Source: Blepharisma stoltei ATCC 30299 (taxonomy: Eukaryota; Protista; Ciliophora). From it: 64,000 nt of DNA. The DNA is taken from NCBI GenBank assembly GCA_965603825.1, contig CBFDEM010000015.1, forward strand, positions 248,001-312,000, in the 5' to 3' direction. Each line of letters begins with the position of its first letter. Position 1 is the first letter of the stretch. The position numbers were made by a program, and so were the translations under genes. This document shows, piece by piece, positions 48,288-60,195 of this stretch. The notes under the pieces were generated by a model. It was not told where the DNA came from. It was given only the letters and a program-made list of their open reading frames with translations, and did not search any database.

Positions 48288-50796
48288 GGTGATAATATTG
48301 AAGGGCTTTAATAGCTATTTTAATAATTTCATTGATTTTTCTAGATGCAGTGCTAAAAGAATTTAGATTTTACTATATTAATGATATAAAACCCATAAAT
48401 AGATCCAATATCTCGGGAAGATGGATATACGCATGAATATTTACCATGAGGGAATTCACTATTCTGTTATTGAGCACATAATGGCTAAAAATTTAATTAA
48501 TTATCATAGAAAATAGAATTTAATTTAGAATGGCTTGGCTTTTAAAGTATATACTTATTTGCAAAACTTGTAACTGATAAGTTTGCTCAGGTTGGTTTTA
48601 TCTAGAAAAATTTTGAATATTATGAGAAACTGAGGATAGCAGATTAAGATTAAATTATGTCTTAATTAAAACATTTAGAATACGCTACAATGATAATATT
48701 TATTGTTAATAACTATGCATTAATATGCTTTCTGTAATAAAAAATCTTTATTTTAAGATTATCAGCCAGAATAGGAAATTCGAATATTTTAGCTCATTTT
48801 AATTAAAGGTTTCTTTTTTGGAACAGCTAGATTGATTATTTATTTAGAAAGTGATGATTATTAGCAAAACAGAAATAAATAAAGGAGATATTAAAAATAT
48901 AAGTATTAAGCTGTAATTTATGCGTAAAGTTTTAATGATGGAATTTTGCTTGCAATTTGTCTATTTTGTAGGCTTTAAGTAACTATTATAAATTTTGTAG
49001 ATTCAGCAATCTTTTAGAATAATTCAGTTGCTAAAATAAAAGTGTGTAGTATATATATTTAAATATCCGAGTTGCAATAATGTTACAAATCAAGAAATTC
49101 TGTTAATATTGCTATTATTTGTTAGGAAATCATAGATAAATTTAATGAATGCATTCTAATATAAGTAGAATTAATTGAAAATGCCTGTAAAAAAATTATT
49201 ATCAATTATAAAACTCTGCATTTTTTACCATTGATAATTTAGAATTCAAAAATATGATTTCTAATAATATTATATCAATTACATTATTCAGATAAATAAA
49301 TAATTTGAAATATTAGCCAAATAAATTGCATTCCTAAAATAAATTTTCAATTTTTCAGCTTTATGGAGTTCTCTTTATAGCTTTGAAGTTTATGAAAAAA
49401 TGTAAGCGAAATGAATAGTTTATGCTTTAAAAAATTAAAATTACAATAACAAGAAAAATCTGATCAATTTTTGAAAGACACTTTAATAAAGAAGATAGCC
49501 CATACCCCTACTCTGGTAAACAATACTAAGAATGTTTCATAATTTATTAGTTTTATTTTTTAAATTAAAATAGTAAATTGGAACTTTTCTTTTAAATTAT
49601 GCCTTAATAAATAAATAAAATAGCACTAGCTAATTTAAATCTATTCCGACAGAAATTCAATATTAATTCTCTATTTTTTTATTTCTATCTCGATAAGCTT
49701 TCTTTATATTATTATAATTTCAAGTAAATTTTTTATCGACTGATAGTTTATTGGAAAATAGTTTAATAAAGTATTTATATGGCATAAAGAGAAATAATCT
49801 TTATTACAATTTTCTTATGAGATTTAATATTATAGAAGTATATAAAAAATCGTAAATTATGCAATCTTTTAGTAAGTATATTTTTCTTTGAACTACTTAA
49901 AATATATTTTTAATCATGAACAAGTATATGAAATTTTCATATTCCAATAACCAAATCTTTATTACCTTGAGGAGTCTATCCTTCAAGTTTGAAATATTAT
50001 ATTATACCTTACAGATTTGCAGATATCACTTGAAAGCTAAAATTATTAAAGTGTGCTTTTTATGATAACTTAGTTTTTGTATTATATTATGCAGAGGAAT
50101 ATTTTTGATTTCTCCTAATAAAAAGAAATAATCATTATTAATACGATAATATATCATCTAAATAATTTTGCTAACTTCAATACTATCCACTAAGATATCA
50201 TTGCTTCCCCATTGCTATAATTATGGTTGAACAAAGTCAGCATTAATATTCTAAATCATTATTTTAATTAGAAGAAATTCTTATTCCCTTCTGTATTAGT
50301 GAGAAAATTGTTCTGCTCACTTACTGGAGGTGAATTCTTGGATGAGAGTCTGGAATTCAGAAAGTTTTATCACCATGCTGCATATCAGCAGGGTTGCCTT
50401 TTATAGAAAACTTAAAGATAGATTTTTGGTTTTCTGAAGGAAAAAAATGGAAACTTGAAAGCCAGGACTCAACGTAAGTATCACGCTGGAAATTATTCGG
50501 ATTGGCCAAGAAGCATTCTCTAACTCTGCTGGGAAAACTCTTCCAAGCTTCATATCCAATTTCCCATGAGGAATAATTGAACATTGGCTGATCAGCTCAG
50601 CATCGCCGCTGCAACTGTAAAAGTAAACCTAGTCAGATACACTACTAAATAAATATTACAATCTCCTTAATAAAAAATTTTTCTCGAAAAACTCTTCTAC
50701 TAAAAATGGCTTATTTTGTCAGTCCCTTAAGAATAAAACAAAAGTAAATATGTATTTATAGTTCAGTAATTTCGATATCGGTAAGTAATAAATATC

Positions 50797-51354
50797 ATGT
50801 CTATACCGAAAATCTTAACTAGAGAAGTGAAATTAGGAGAAATCGAGTTTCTTACCTATTTCAAAAAAAGAAGCTCTCTTCATTCTTTTGAATGTAACTT
50901 ATGTTTCACTAGATTTGAGACCTGTGAGCAGCTCAAGGCACACTTTAGAGCTGAGCAAGAGTTTGGAAGAGACGCAGATAACTTCCTTGAGTGTGAAGGT
51001 AATGAAGAAGAGCATAGCAAACCTGTAAATCAATTCGAAGTAGTTGCTCAATGCAAGGATAAAAAGGATAAAGCTGAAGGAAAAATGAAATGCCCGAAAT
51101 GCTCAAAAATGCTCAAAAGCCTCAAAGGGTTAGAGCAGCATATCGCTAAAATGCATATCAGCATTAGAAAAAAATCGCTTTGCAAATCGTGCGGAAAATA
51201 TTTTAAAAACAAATACGCGATGGTTTTTCACGTAAAGCAAGTTCATGAAAAATCAACACGTGTGGTGTGCGAGATTTGCAAGCAAATTATATATAACAAG
51301 TATTCATTGCAAGCGCATATAGAAAAATGCCATTCAAGCCTATTTTCTATTTAA
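50797..51354 (+). CDS. C2H2 zinc-finger protein
   Basis: CPKC..H..H, CKSC..H..H and CEIC..H..H fingers, plus a degenerate N-terminal CNLC..H finger. Confidence 0.9.
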   Translation: MSIPKILTREVKLGEIEFLTYFKKRSSLHSFECNLCFTRFETCEQLKAHFRAEQEFGRDADNFLECEGNEEEHSKPVNQFEVVAQCKDKKDKAEGKMKCPKCSKMLKSLKGLEQHIAKMHISIRKKSLCKSCGKYFKNKYAMVFHVKQVHEKSTRVVCEICKQIIYNKYSLQAHIEKCHSSLFSI

Positions 51355-52198
51355 GAAACCTTAAGCATAGCTTATTCTAGTAAGTTCTTTAAATATGGAG
51401 ATTATTCTAGAAATGGTATTTTATGATTTTCTGATAGCAAAGCTAGGTCTATGCATTTATCGGTTTATCTTATAATTTTTTTATTTAATCTAAGAATAAT
51501 ACCATTAGCAAAATAAAATATGCTATTTTTTAAAAATTTAAGCATCTCTCAATAAATAAATATCTCAGAAAAATTTTTTAAGACAGAATTTTTATGGGCA
51601 TATATACGGTTTAGAGGCAATCAAATTTTCAATGAAATTAAATCATGATAAGGATGAGGCTTAAAGGAAAGAATATGATGATAAAAAACTTTTAAAACGA
51701 TGATCTTCAATATTGAGAATTTTAATAAAGTCAAAACTTGCAGACTTTTAAAAATTTTTCTAATTGATGAATTTGAAATTGGCTTGATAGTTATATATTA
51801 GAAATTCAAGGAAAATTTAATCCCTTCTCTCAGAATAGTGAGAATAAAAATTATTTATTGCTAATATTTAAGAGGCTGCTAATCCGCACATTAAAAATAT
51901 ATTTTATATTAATATTCGAAAATATTACATGTATAACAATAAAGACTATGCTCACACTTAGAAACATTTTAATTCCAGCAAATTGATTATTCAATCTGCT
52001 AAACTAACTGGAAGATAGTAATTCAGCTTATATTAGCTAAGCTTGCTAGTTTTGTTGGTTTGCACATCTAGCCAACAAATCAGCCAATGAAATGAGAAAT
52101 TTGGTTAGAGCTTAATCCATAATCTGATATATGCTCAAGTGAACTTTATGAATTAAAATTGAAGTATACTAAAAAATGAAATTAATAGATAATTAGTA

Positions 52199-53608
52199 TT
52201 AGCTGCTTTCAATTAATTCAAGCATTAATTCAATTACCGATCCCTGATTATCATTTCTTTTTTCATTTAAAACTTTTCTTAAATCTGTCATCAACTTTTC
52301 AATATTCACATTTTTATATTTTTCAATCAATCTTTCCGATTTTCTCTTCAAATTTTCATCGTTAAAAGTCATAAAAATCATATCCCTTCTTGCTTTAGTT
52401 GCTGCTATCCATTGTATAATTAGTTTTAATTCAGGATCTCCACCAAACATTCCACATCCCCATTTCCCAGTTGCAATAGGTCTAAGCTTTTCTTCCTTTT
52501 TCTCTTCTTCACCACTCTTTTCTTTATTTCTCGCTTCAAAGGCTCTGTTTAATTCTTTTTCTACAAACTCTTTTCTTTCATGAGAATCTCCTAAAAAACC
52601 TATATAAGCTTTATTAATTTCTCTTTCTAGCAGCAAATCTTGATATTGACTCTCAGGATCAAGCATAAGCTCTAATGCATCAATTGCAGCTTCATGGGTA
52701 TCAATTCTATTCAAATTATCTAAAGGTCTTCTATCATGAAATCTTTCGACATACGAACAGTTACTCCCATATCCTCTATGCAAGGTAGTTCTTTGTGCTC
52801 CTACAATAATTATCGCTTCGTTATCTAACATTACATCAGAAATCATCATAGAAATTATCATCTCTGGGTGAATGGTGAAAGCAATTTCTTCTTGGACGTT
52901 TCCATGCAATAATGTGCCACCTCCTATGAATTTGTTAGCAAAATCTATACGCAAGCAAGGGTCTGGGCTATCTTCAATGCTAAGATTACCTGAAATTGTG
53001 ACTTGGCTTAGCTTGTCCTTAAGACATGACCAATGTGATAAGGGTTTAATCTCTGAAGAAATTCTTTCAAAGGATATAAAGGTAGATGTTAGATATTCAG
53101 GCGGTTGTTCATGCATCATTGTGAAATAATTCACAAAGGAAAGTAATTTGCACTGCTGAGAAGTTGTTGTGTACGAATCTTCCTATATAAAAGTTACGTA
53201 TAGTGCCATATGGTTATATTTGGTTGCTGCTAAAAATAGTGCACCCAACAAAGCAACGCATTGTTCGCGTGAAAAAAGTAAAAATTGGCTTTTTGATTGC
53301 CGAAGCATTGGGATACCTGATGGGAAAAGCTTCGGAATCTGAAGAATTTTCGACGCAAGCCAAGGTAAAACTTCACTATATAAATTATCAAATCCAAAAA
53401 GTCGGCACCCTTGAGTGTCCAATACTTGAGTAATACCAGAAAGTTCGTGTTCACACTTCCAATTGATTCCTTGTAGCTCTTCTATTAAATCTCTCAGATC
53501 ATTGCAGTTTGTAGCTGAACCTTCACTAATATCAGTAATAACTTTGCAGGAATCGATCCATTCTTCACTGTCATACACTATTGGAATTTCTAATTGCGCA
53601 TCAGCCAT
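52199..53608 (-). CDS. PARG: Poly(ADP-ribose) glycohydrolase
   Basis: IDFANKFIGGGTLLHGNVQEEI (GGG-x-QEE), REINKAYIGF, ATGKWGCGMFGGD and IIQWIAA. Intron at 53183-53197. Confidence 0.93.
53183..53197 (-). other. 15-nt intron GTAACTTTTATATAG
   Basis: Removes the in-frame TAG between the two PARG ORF parts. Confidence 0.88.
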
Positions 53609-53847
53609 AATATCTAAATTATAAGTTACTGGAATTTCGCCTCTTAATTTTCTTTGGTTATTTCAGATTATTTTTAGCAGCCGAGAATATTTTACGTATT
53701 AATTGCTGCTTAAATCCTTAGATTAAGGAGAAGTTTTGTCAGTCAAGAAAAAACAAAATTTATTAAGAAAAAATATTGAAGCTTTTAGGTTTTAACTTTT
53801 GAACTAATTTAATGAAAATTAAGTTTGCATTATGTTATAAATTTCGT

Positions 53848-54042
53848 CTAGTTTGCGTAAAAAGTAAATACTTCTGGCATAGATTTTTTGTCTTTATTTG
53901 GGAATATCACACCTTGATAAGGTTGCTCCTTATCCCTAATTACCATGGGAGGACTAAATAGAATGCCCTCTTGGTTTCTTGATCGAGTTACCAGTGGATG
54001 TTCTGGCTTTCTCCCTGTAGATTTTGACTTTTCGAATTCCAT
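53848..54042 (-). CDS. 64-aa microprotein (MEFEK family, copy 1)
   Basis: Aligns along its full length with 56148-56327. GC richer than its flanks. Confidence 0.7.
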   Translation of the reverse strand: MEFEKSKSTGRKPEHPLVTRSRNQEGILFSPPMVIRDKEQPYQGVIFPNKDKKSMPEVFTFYAN

Positions 54043-55167
54043 ATTAATTTTATTATATACGTTATATTCACACAGAATTTCTAAACAAAAACAGGAATTA
54101 AAGATATGCAGAAAAGGAAAGCAATCGAGTCCGGATAGAATTTTTATATCTGTATATGAATTTTATCAAATTGATTAGGAAAAATTATAATAAATTATAA
54201 TTACCCTATTAGTTGATTTATTATGGAAGTTGCAAGAAACCTTATTTTAAATTTTTATTATTAAAAATTGATATTAATTAAGTCAAGGCATAGATTGAAG
54301 AAGTTCTTCTAATATGTGCTTTGCTCAATTGATTCATCAGCAAATTAAATTTTTTATCATTAATCAAATTTGGAAATATAATAGGTTACCTCATCTTAAT
54401 TATGCTTAAGGATCAACTGTTACAAATTAATTATTTCATTTAATAATACCCTCATCGGTTTCATGTCACATGCTTAAAAACAGCAAATAAATCTTCCATA
54501 TTAATTAAGAGAATCTTAAAATCCTTTTGAAACATCAGATTACTGATCGAATATTAATTAGAAATCAATTTAAAATTCTTTTAAGCAGCAGGCAATTAAC
54601 AAAATGACTAATATTTTGCCATCTGAGTTTATATAATTTTAGCTCGAATGAATTGTATTATGCAAAATAAAATAAGATTATTCTTGATCAAAATTCAATT
54701 GAAAGCAAATAGAAAATTTTGACTTATTTTTTTTAATGCCTTTGACATAATAAATTAGGATATTAATAAAAATAATCTTAATAAATATCCTTTAAATTAA
54801 AGAAATAGCTTTAGATTGTATGAATATTGCTTTTAATCCCTGCTTAATCATGATATAAATATGAAAATCATATTTTGAAATACTTGAGATAAGTGTGATT
54901 TTTTCAAATCAGATGTTTGCAAGTAATTATCTTATAATTTCCTTGTATATTCGAGATACCAGGCCTAAAATCGGGCTTTCAAAAAATATTATATTTCGAT
55001 TTTTATATTCTTTAATCATTAAATAATTTTTTTCCTCTGGTTTTCAACCTAAGTGTAATAAAATCCTTTAAATATCATCCATTTTCCAGCAAACTTTCAA
55101 AGAACTCATAAAATTTCCCCTTTTATCTTCCAATTCCTTAGCTTTCCTAGTAAAGAGTGGCTTATAA

Positions 55168-55527
55168 ATGGTGCTTGTTTCTAAAAGTGAGAAGAGACAA
55201 ATTTACCAATACTTATTGAAAGAAGGTACTCTTGTCGTAAGAAAAGACGCTGGGCTTCCAAGACACCAAGATATCGCTGTTCCAAATCTAAAGATCATGA
55301 TGATCTGCAAAAGCTTGAAATCAAGAGGACTCATTGAAGAAAAATTCAATTGGCAGTGGTTCTATTATTACTTAAATGAAAAAGGAATTTTAGCTATGTG
55401 TGAATATCTTGGATTACCTTCGAACATTAGACCTGATATTTATAAGGCACCTGCAGTTAAGAAGCCAAGGGATGACGACAGACCTAGAAGAACCGGAGGC
55501 TTTGGAAGAGGATTAAAGAAGGAATAA
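55168..55527 (+). CDS. RPS10: 40S ribosomal protein S10 (eS10)
   Basis: IYQYLLKEG, VPNL..MKSLKSRG-like (CKSLKSRG), FNWQWFYYYL..GI..YLGLP. Confidence 0.95.
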   Translation: MVLVSKSEKRQIYQYLLKEGTLVVRKDAGLPRHQDIAVPNLKIMMICKSLKSRGLIEEKFNWQWFYYYLNEKGILAMCEYLGLPSNIRPDIYKAPAVKKPRDDDRPRRTGGFGRGLKKE

Positions 55528-56147
55528 AGTTCTTATAAAGCTTAACAAATTCAGGAAATATGAAATTAAACGATTAAGTTTAGAAAGCAGTAAATGAGAA
55601 ATAATTTTACTTTGATAGAAATAAAATTATGATTTTTTGCGGAGATTAACATTTATTGTGGTTTAGTATTTTCATAAACTATATATTTTATTTGTATGGT
55701 GATTTTAGATATTAAATTTTATTTTACTTTATTCAAATTTCAACTATGACTTTCGAATAAAACAAAAACAATAAATTTTCAATTCTAAAATAATGCTTAA
55801 ACTTTTGAGAGTCGAAAAAATTTTATTCATACAGGGGATACAACTATTGACTCTGTTACAATTTATTGGCATTTTGATGCAGTAATGCTTTTCGAATATT
55901 TTTCTAAGCCTTTCTTTTAATTTCACTTTATTAGTTATTATGATTACTACTTATCATAATAAAAATTTAAAAAATTGTCTTACTAAAAGCTTAATATAAT
56001 AAATTAAGACTTTGCTTTAAAAAAAAATGCAAAATGGAATTAACTATTTCATAGATTATAGGCAATACTTTAGTTTTAAACAAATGAGATGATAAATAGC
56101 AAAAAAATATTTTAATAGCTTAATTGGGTATGCTTATTCATTAAGAC

Positions 56148-56327
56148 TTAATGAAATGAAAAAATATCCATCTTTAGCCTTTGACTCGTTTTCTGGAAAA
56201 TTTCACCTTTATAAGGCTGATCTTTGTCTTTTACATTCATTGGAGGACTTGATACGATACTCAAATAGTTTCGCATTCGCCTTACAAAAGGATGTTCAGG
56301 CTTGCTCTCAGTTTTCTCAAATTCCAT
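56148..56327 (-). CDS. 59-aa microprotein (MEFEK family, copy 2)
   Basis: ATG at 56327. MEFEK..KPEHP.V.R.RN..SPPM..DK.QPY.G.IF shared with copy 1. Confidence 0.7.
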   Translation of the reverse strand: MEFEKTESKPEHPFVRRMRNYLSIVSSPPMNVKDKDQPYKGEIFQKTSQRLKMDIFSFH

Positions 56328-57094
56328 ATTTATATAATTAATTTGTTTATTTACTATGATAAAGGTGGAGTCGCCATTATTACCAACCCTCAAGAGATAG
56401 TCTCATAATAATTAAATTGATTTCTGAAATCTTTATTATAGAAAATGTGCATATAAAATTCTTTGTATTAAAAATATTAAACATGGAAATTTTTGTGTAG
56501 ATATAAGTGCTTTCGATTTGAAAGTGAAAATAAAAAACTAGTCTCTTGCAATATTAATAACTATAAAGAAGCATATCATGCAATTGCTTTGGCGATAAAT
56601 CACAAAACAAAATCCTTTATAACAATAAAGAAAAGACTCTGCAGAAAATTCCTGAAATTTAAATGCAAAAAAACTTAAATGAAATTTAAAGCTAACAGAA
56701 ATTTAAAATTCAGTTATAATACACTGAATTTTGAAATTATAAATATTACATTGTGTAAAGTACCAAACATCAAGCTATAATAAGCCCTTCTAATTTGGTG
56801 AAGAAGAGATTTCATTCAGTGCCAAACTTTAATAAAGAAGTAGATCTCAAAAAGTAAAGAGGAAAAAATTATATATATAAACAAATTCAAATGTGCTGAA
56901 GCTCTATATAAATCGAAATAATAACAGTTGCAAAATGTGATTCTCAAATATAATAATGTCAGCCAAAGTATCAAAATTTCTAAAATAAACCTAAATTTTA
57001 AATTTATTGATAAGATTTATTAATCCAAGCAAGGCTTCCACAAGAAGTACATTTCAATATTGCCTTTCTACTAATAACTATAATTTCATATTAA

Positions 57095-59431
57095 ATGGAA
57101 GACGAAGACACAGGGACTGGCAATGTTCGTGTTGTGTGCAGATTCCGCCCTCTAAACGAAAAAGAAAAAGCTATCTCCATGCAGGTTTGCGTGAATTTCA
57201 GCCCGGACAACAAAACTGTCTTAGTTCGCACCTCTGAAGGTGGTGAGCCCACCAAATTCAATTTTGACTACGTTTTTACACCTCTTGCAACTCAGCGACA
57301 AGTCTACGAAATTGCCGCAAAGCCGACAGTTGAAGCCATAATACAAGGATTTAATGGGACAATTTTTGCCTATGGACAAACATCTTCAGGGAAAACATTT
57401 TCAATGACAGGGCCAGATCTTTACGATGAAGAGCTTATGGGGATTATCCCTCGTATGGTAAGCACTGTTTTTGAAAACATTGTAAACGCTGATGAACATT
57501 TGGAATTCCAGGTAAAAGTTGCGTACTGTGAAATTTACATGGAGAAGATTAAAGATTTGTTGGATCCAAGCAAAACGAATTTAAAGGTCCATGAGGATAA
57601 AGCGAGAGGAGTTTATATAGCTGATTTAACCGAAAAATATGTAGGCAGCATGGAAGAAGTGTATGACTTAATGGCCTTTGGGACTAGTAATAGAGAAGTT
57701 GGGTATACACATATGAATGCTGGAAGCTCCAGATCGCACTCACTATTTTGTTTGACGTTAAATATGACAAATAAAAAAGATTTATCATCAAAGACTGGAA
57801 AATTATATTTGGTGGATCTAGCTGGAAGTGAAAAAGTTGGAAAAACTGGAGCTGAAGGCAAAAGACTTGAAGAAGCCAAAAATATTAATAAATCTTTAAC
57901 AAGCTTAGGGCAGGTTATCACGGCACTTACAGATGGGAAATCCACACATGTCCCATATAGAGACTCTAAGCTGACAAGAGTCTTGCAAGATTCTTTAGGA
58001 GGAAACTCGAAGACTGCTTTAATTATAACTTGTTCACCCTCTCCTTATAATGAAGCTGAAACTATTAGCACCCTCAGGTTTGGAATTCGTGCAAAATCTA
58101 TAAAAAACAAGCCAAGAGTCAATAGAGAATATACAGTTGCTGAGCTAAAACTTATGCTTGATAAAGCAAAAGAAGAAATGGTAATTAAAGATAAGCGTAT
58201 TTTGCAGCTAGAAGGCAGTCTAAAAACTCTTGGTGCAGCAATACCTCCATCAGCCTCAGGAAAAGATCAGCCACCAGAGGCAGCAGAAGAAGAGCAAAAA
58301 AATGAATCAAGCTCTGAAGAAGAGGAAAAAAAAGAGCCAGAAATTCAATACATAGAAAACAAAGAAATGATCCAAGAGCTTGAAGACACAAAACTCCGGC
58401 TCTCGGAAGAAGTTGAAAACTCATTAAAACTGAAAGCAGAAATTCTGAAAAAAGATGAAGAAATTGAAGACTTAAAAGAGCAAAATGAAAACTTAAATGA
58501 AGAAGTCCAGAGTTTTGAGGCAAGATATAAGCTACTTGAAGACACTTTAACAATAAAAGAGGAAAGAATTGACGCACTTACCGATATGAATGCATCATTA
58601 GAATCAGAAATCGAAGCACTCAATGATAAAGTGCTTAAACTCTCCCAAAAAATTTCAGAAAAAACAACTGAAAATGAACAGTTGATAAGACAAAGCACGC
58701 TAGAAAGGCAAGTATCGTCTGAAGACGAATTTTCCAAATTAAAAGCAGAACTGGAAGAGGAAAGAGGCAAAACTCAATGGGAAAAGGAAAAAAACCAAGC
58801 TTTGACCAATGAGCTAAAATTAGTTCAGAGAAGGCTAGATGAAACTATTTCAGTAGGCCTTCCAAAGATGGACAAACTTCGCAATGAAATTATTGAAGAA
58901 GTGACATTAAAAGAAAGAGAACGATGGAATGCAGAAAAAAGAACCATAATGAAAGATCTTCAGACAAGGGTTAAGCAAGTAATTGATTTAGAAATCCAGC
59001 TAGACGAGCTCAGAGAAGTCAATAGGAACATTGAAAGCAATTTGTCAATAGGAGAAAAGGAGCTTAAGAAGAAGACTGATACTTTAGAAAGAAACCTTGA
59101 ACAATTAACCTTGATGTATCATCAATTAGTCAGTGAAAAATCGAAGATGAGTGTTGAAAGCAAAATTACTGAGAAGAAGATAGCAAGAATAACTGATAAA
59201 AATAAAAAACTGGAGGAGTCCTTGGCTATTGAAAAGGCTAAGCTTGCTGAAGCATTAAATCAGGTCCAAACAATGAGCAATGAAATGAATGATAGATCTC
59301 ATAGATATTCAATATCTATTGGAAATATCAGAAAGACAATTCAAGGAGGGGGAGGGAAAGTCGCCTCCAGGCAAACTGTAATGCATCCTTTAATGATGCC
59401 AATCCAAGAAGAAAGAGCTTTGAAAGGCTAG
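57095..59431 (+). CDS. Kinesin heavy chain (kinesin-1-like)
   Basis: VVCRFRP, AYGQTSSGKT, SSRSH, LVDLAGSEK, HVPYRDSKLTR and a coiled-coil stalk with IRKTIQGGG tail. Confidence 0.95.
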   Translation: MEDEDTGTGNVRVVCRFRPLNEKEKAISMQVCVNFSPDNKTVLVRTSEGGEPTKFNFDYVFTPLATQRQVYEIAAKPTVEAIIQGFNGTIFAYGQTSSGKTFSMTGPDLYDEELMGIIPRMVSTVFENIVNADEHLEFQVKVAYCEIYMEKIKDLLDPSKTNLKVHEDKARGVYIADLTEKYVGSMEEVYDLMAFGTSNREVGYTHMNAGSSRSHSLFCLTLNMTNKKDLSSKTGKLYLVDLAGSEKVGKTGAEGKRLEEAKNINKSLTSLGQVITALTDGKSTHVPYRDSKLTRVLQDSLGGNSKTALIITCSPSPYNEAETISTLRFGIRAKSIKNKPRVNREYTVAELKLMLDKAKEEMVIKDKRILQLEGSLKTLGAAIPPSASGKDQPPEAAEEEQKNESSSEEEEKKEPEIQYIENKEMIQELEDTKLRLSEEVENSLKLKAEILKKDEEIEDLKEQNENLNEEVQSFEARYKLLEDTLTIKEERIDALTDMNASLESEIEALNDKVLKLSQKISEKTTENEQLIRQSTLERQVSSEDEFSKLKAELEEERGKTQWEKEKNQALTNELKLVQRRLDETISVGLPKMDKLRNEIIEEVTLKERERWNAEKRTIMKDLQTRVKQVIDLEIQLDELREVNRNIESNLSIGEKELKKKTDTLERNLEQLTLMYHQLVSEKSKMSVESKITEKKIARITDKNKKLEESLAIEKAKLAEALNQVQTMSNEMNDRSHRYSISIGNIRKTIQGGGGKVASRQTVMHPLMMPIQEERALKG

Positions 59432-59538
59432 ACTAGTTTTATTCTATGATAAAGAGTAATAAAATAAACTCTTTTACAATTTAAGATCTTTTAAAAAGCA
59501 TTTCAAAATAAAAAGACGAGATTAGTTATCAATTTTAT

Positions 59539-60195
59539 TTAGGCTTCATACTTCACTTTCTTTATAGGAGACGAGTTTTCTCTGTCTTCGCTATCAAGCA
59601 TCCTGCATAAACTTTACCTATTAATCCTCTGAAAAACTTTTTTGTCAATTGCATCAATTCGCAACTGAGACCTTTCGTCTGTGATTTTCAATATTGCATA
59701 TGGACATTCACGTTCTATTATTTGTACAATTTCTGCCAATTTGTCTGGCGGGACTGTTTTAAACCTTTCTGCAAGAGCAGTTTTCGCTTGAAAACTGACT
59801 ACTTCAGGGTGCTCTTCGATTCTTGGTCTGTGCATTGCAGACTCAAGGGAGATCCCATGCTGATTGCAATATCTGAGCATGCATCTTTCCATTGCGTCTG
59901 CTTGCTGGACTATAGGCGATTCAATCATGTTATAGGTTCGGCAATTATCCCAGATGAGAATTAGGTCACACAACATGTCGTCAAAATTCATGTACTGGGC
60001 TGTCTTGATTTTCTTCTTGACTGTTGATAAATCCATAGGTTGTTTGATTATATGAGGGTAATCATGAAGCTGAAGCAGTTTATAGTCGACTGGGACTGAA
60101 AAGTTTAAGGATTCAGGCTGCTCTTCGAGGTATCTGACTAAGCTCAAAGCTCGCCCTGTTTCTTCTCGAGAGAGGCCTTGAGCTATTGCCGACAT
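59539..60195 (-). CDS. Bromodomain plus ET-domain (BET/GTE-like) protein (213 aa)
   Basis: FSVPVD..DYPHIIKQPMDLSTV..WDNCRTYN, followed by an ET-like helix set. ATG at 60195, intron at 59603-59617, TAA at 59539. Confidence 0.88.
59603..59617 (-). other. 15-nt intron GTAAAGTTTATGCAG
   Basis: Consensus match. In-frame TAA if retained; removal adds a tail ending SSPIKKVKYEA. Confidence 0.75.

Noticed and set aside
52050-52080. Hairpin-like tttgttggtt...agccaacaaa in intergenic DNA
   Set aside because: A single short imperfect stem with no ncRNA family motifs.
53848-56327. Microproteins as 4E-BP homologues (SPP, MDIF-like end)
   Set aside because: No canonical YxxxxL-phi motif is shared by both copies, so the resemblance is too weak.
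18676-60195. FHA-RING, RING-Tudor, HMG, PARG and bromodomain genes as a DNA-repair or chromatin cluster
   Set aside because: They are scattered over 40 kb among unrelated genes, consistent with chance.
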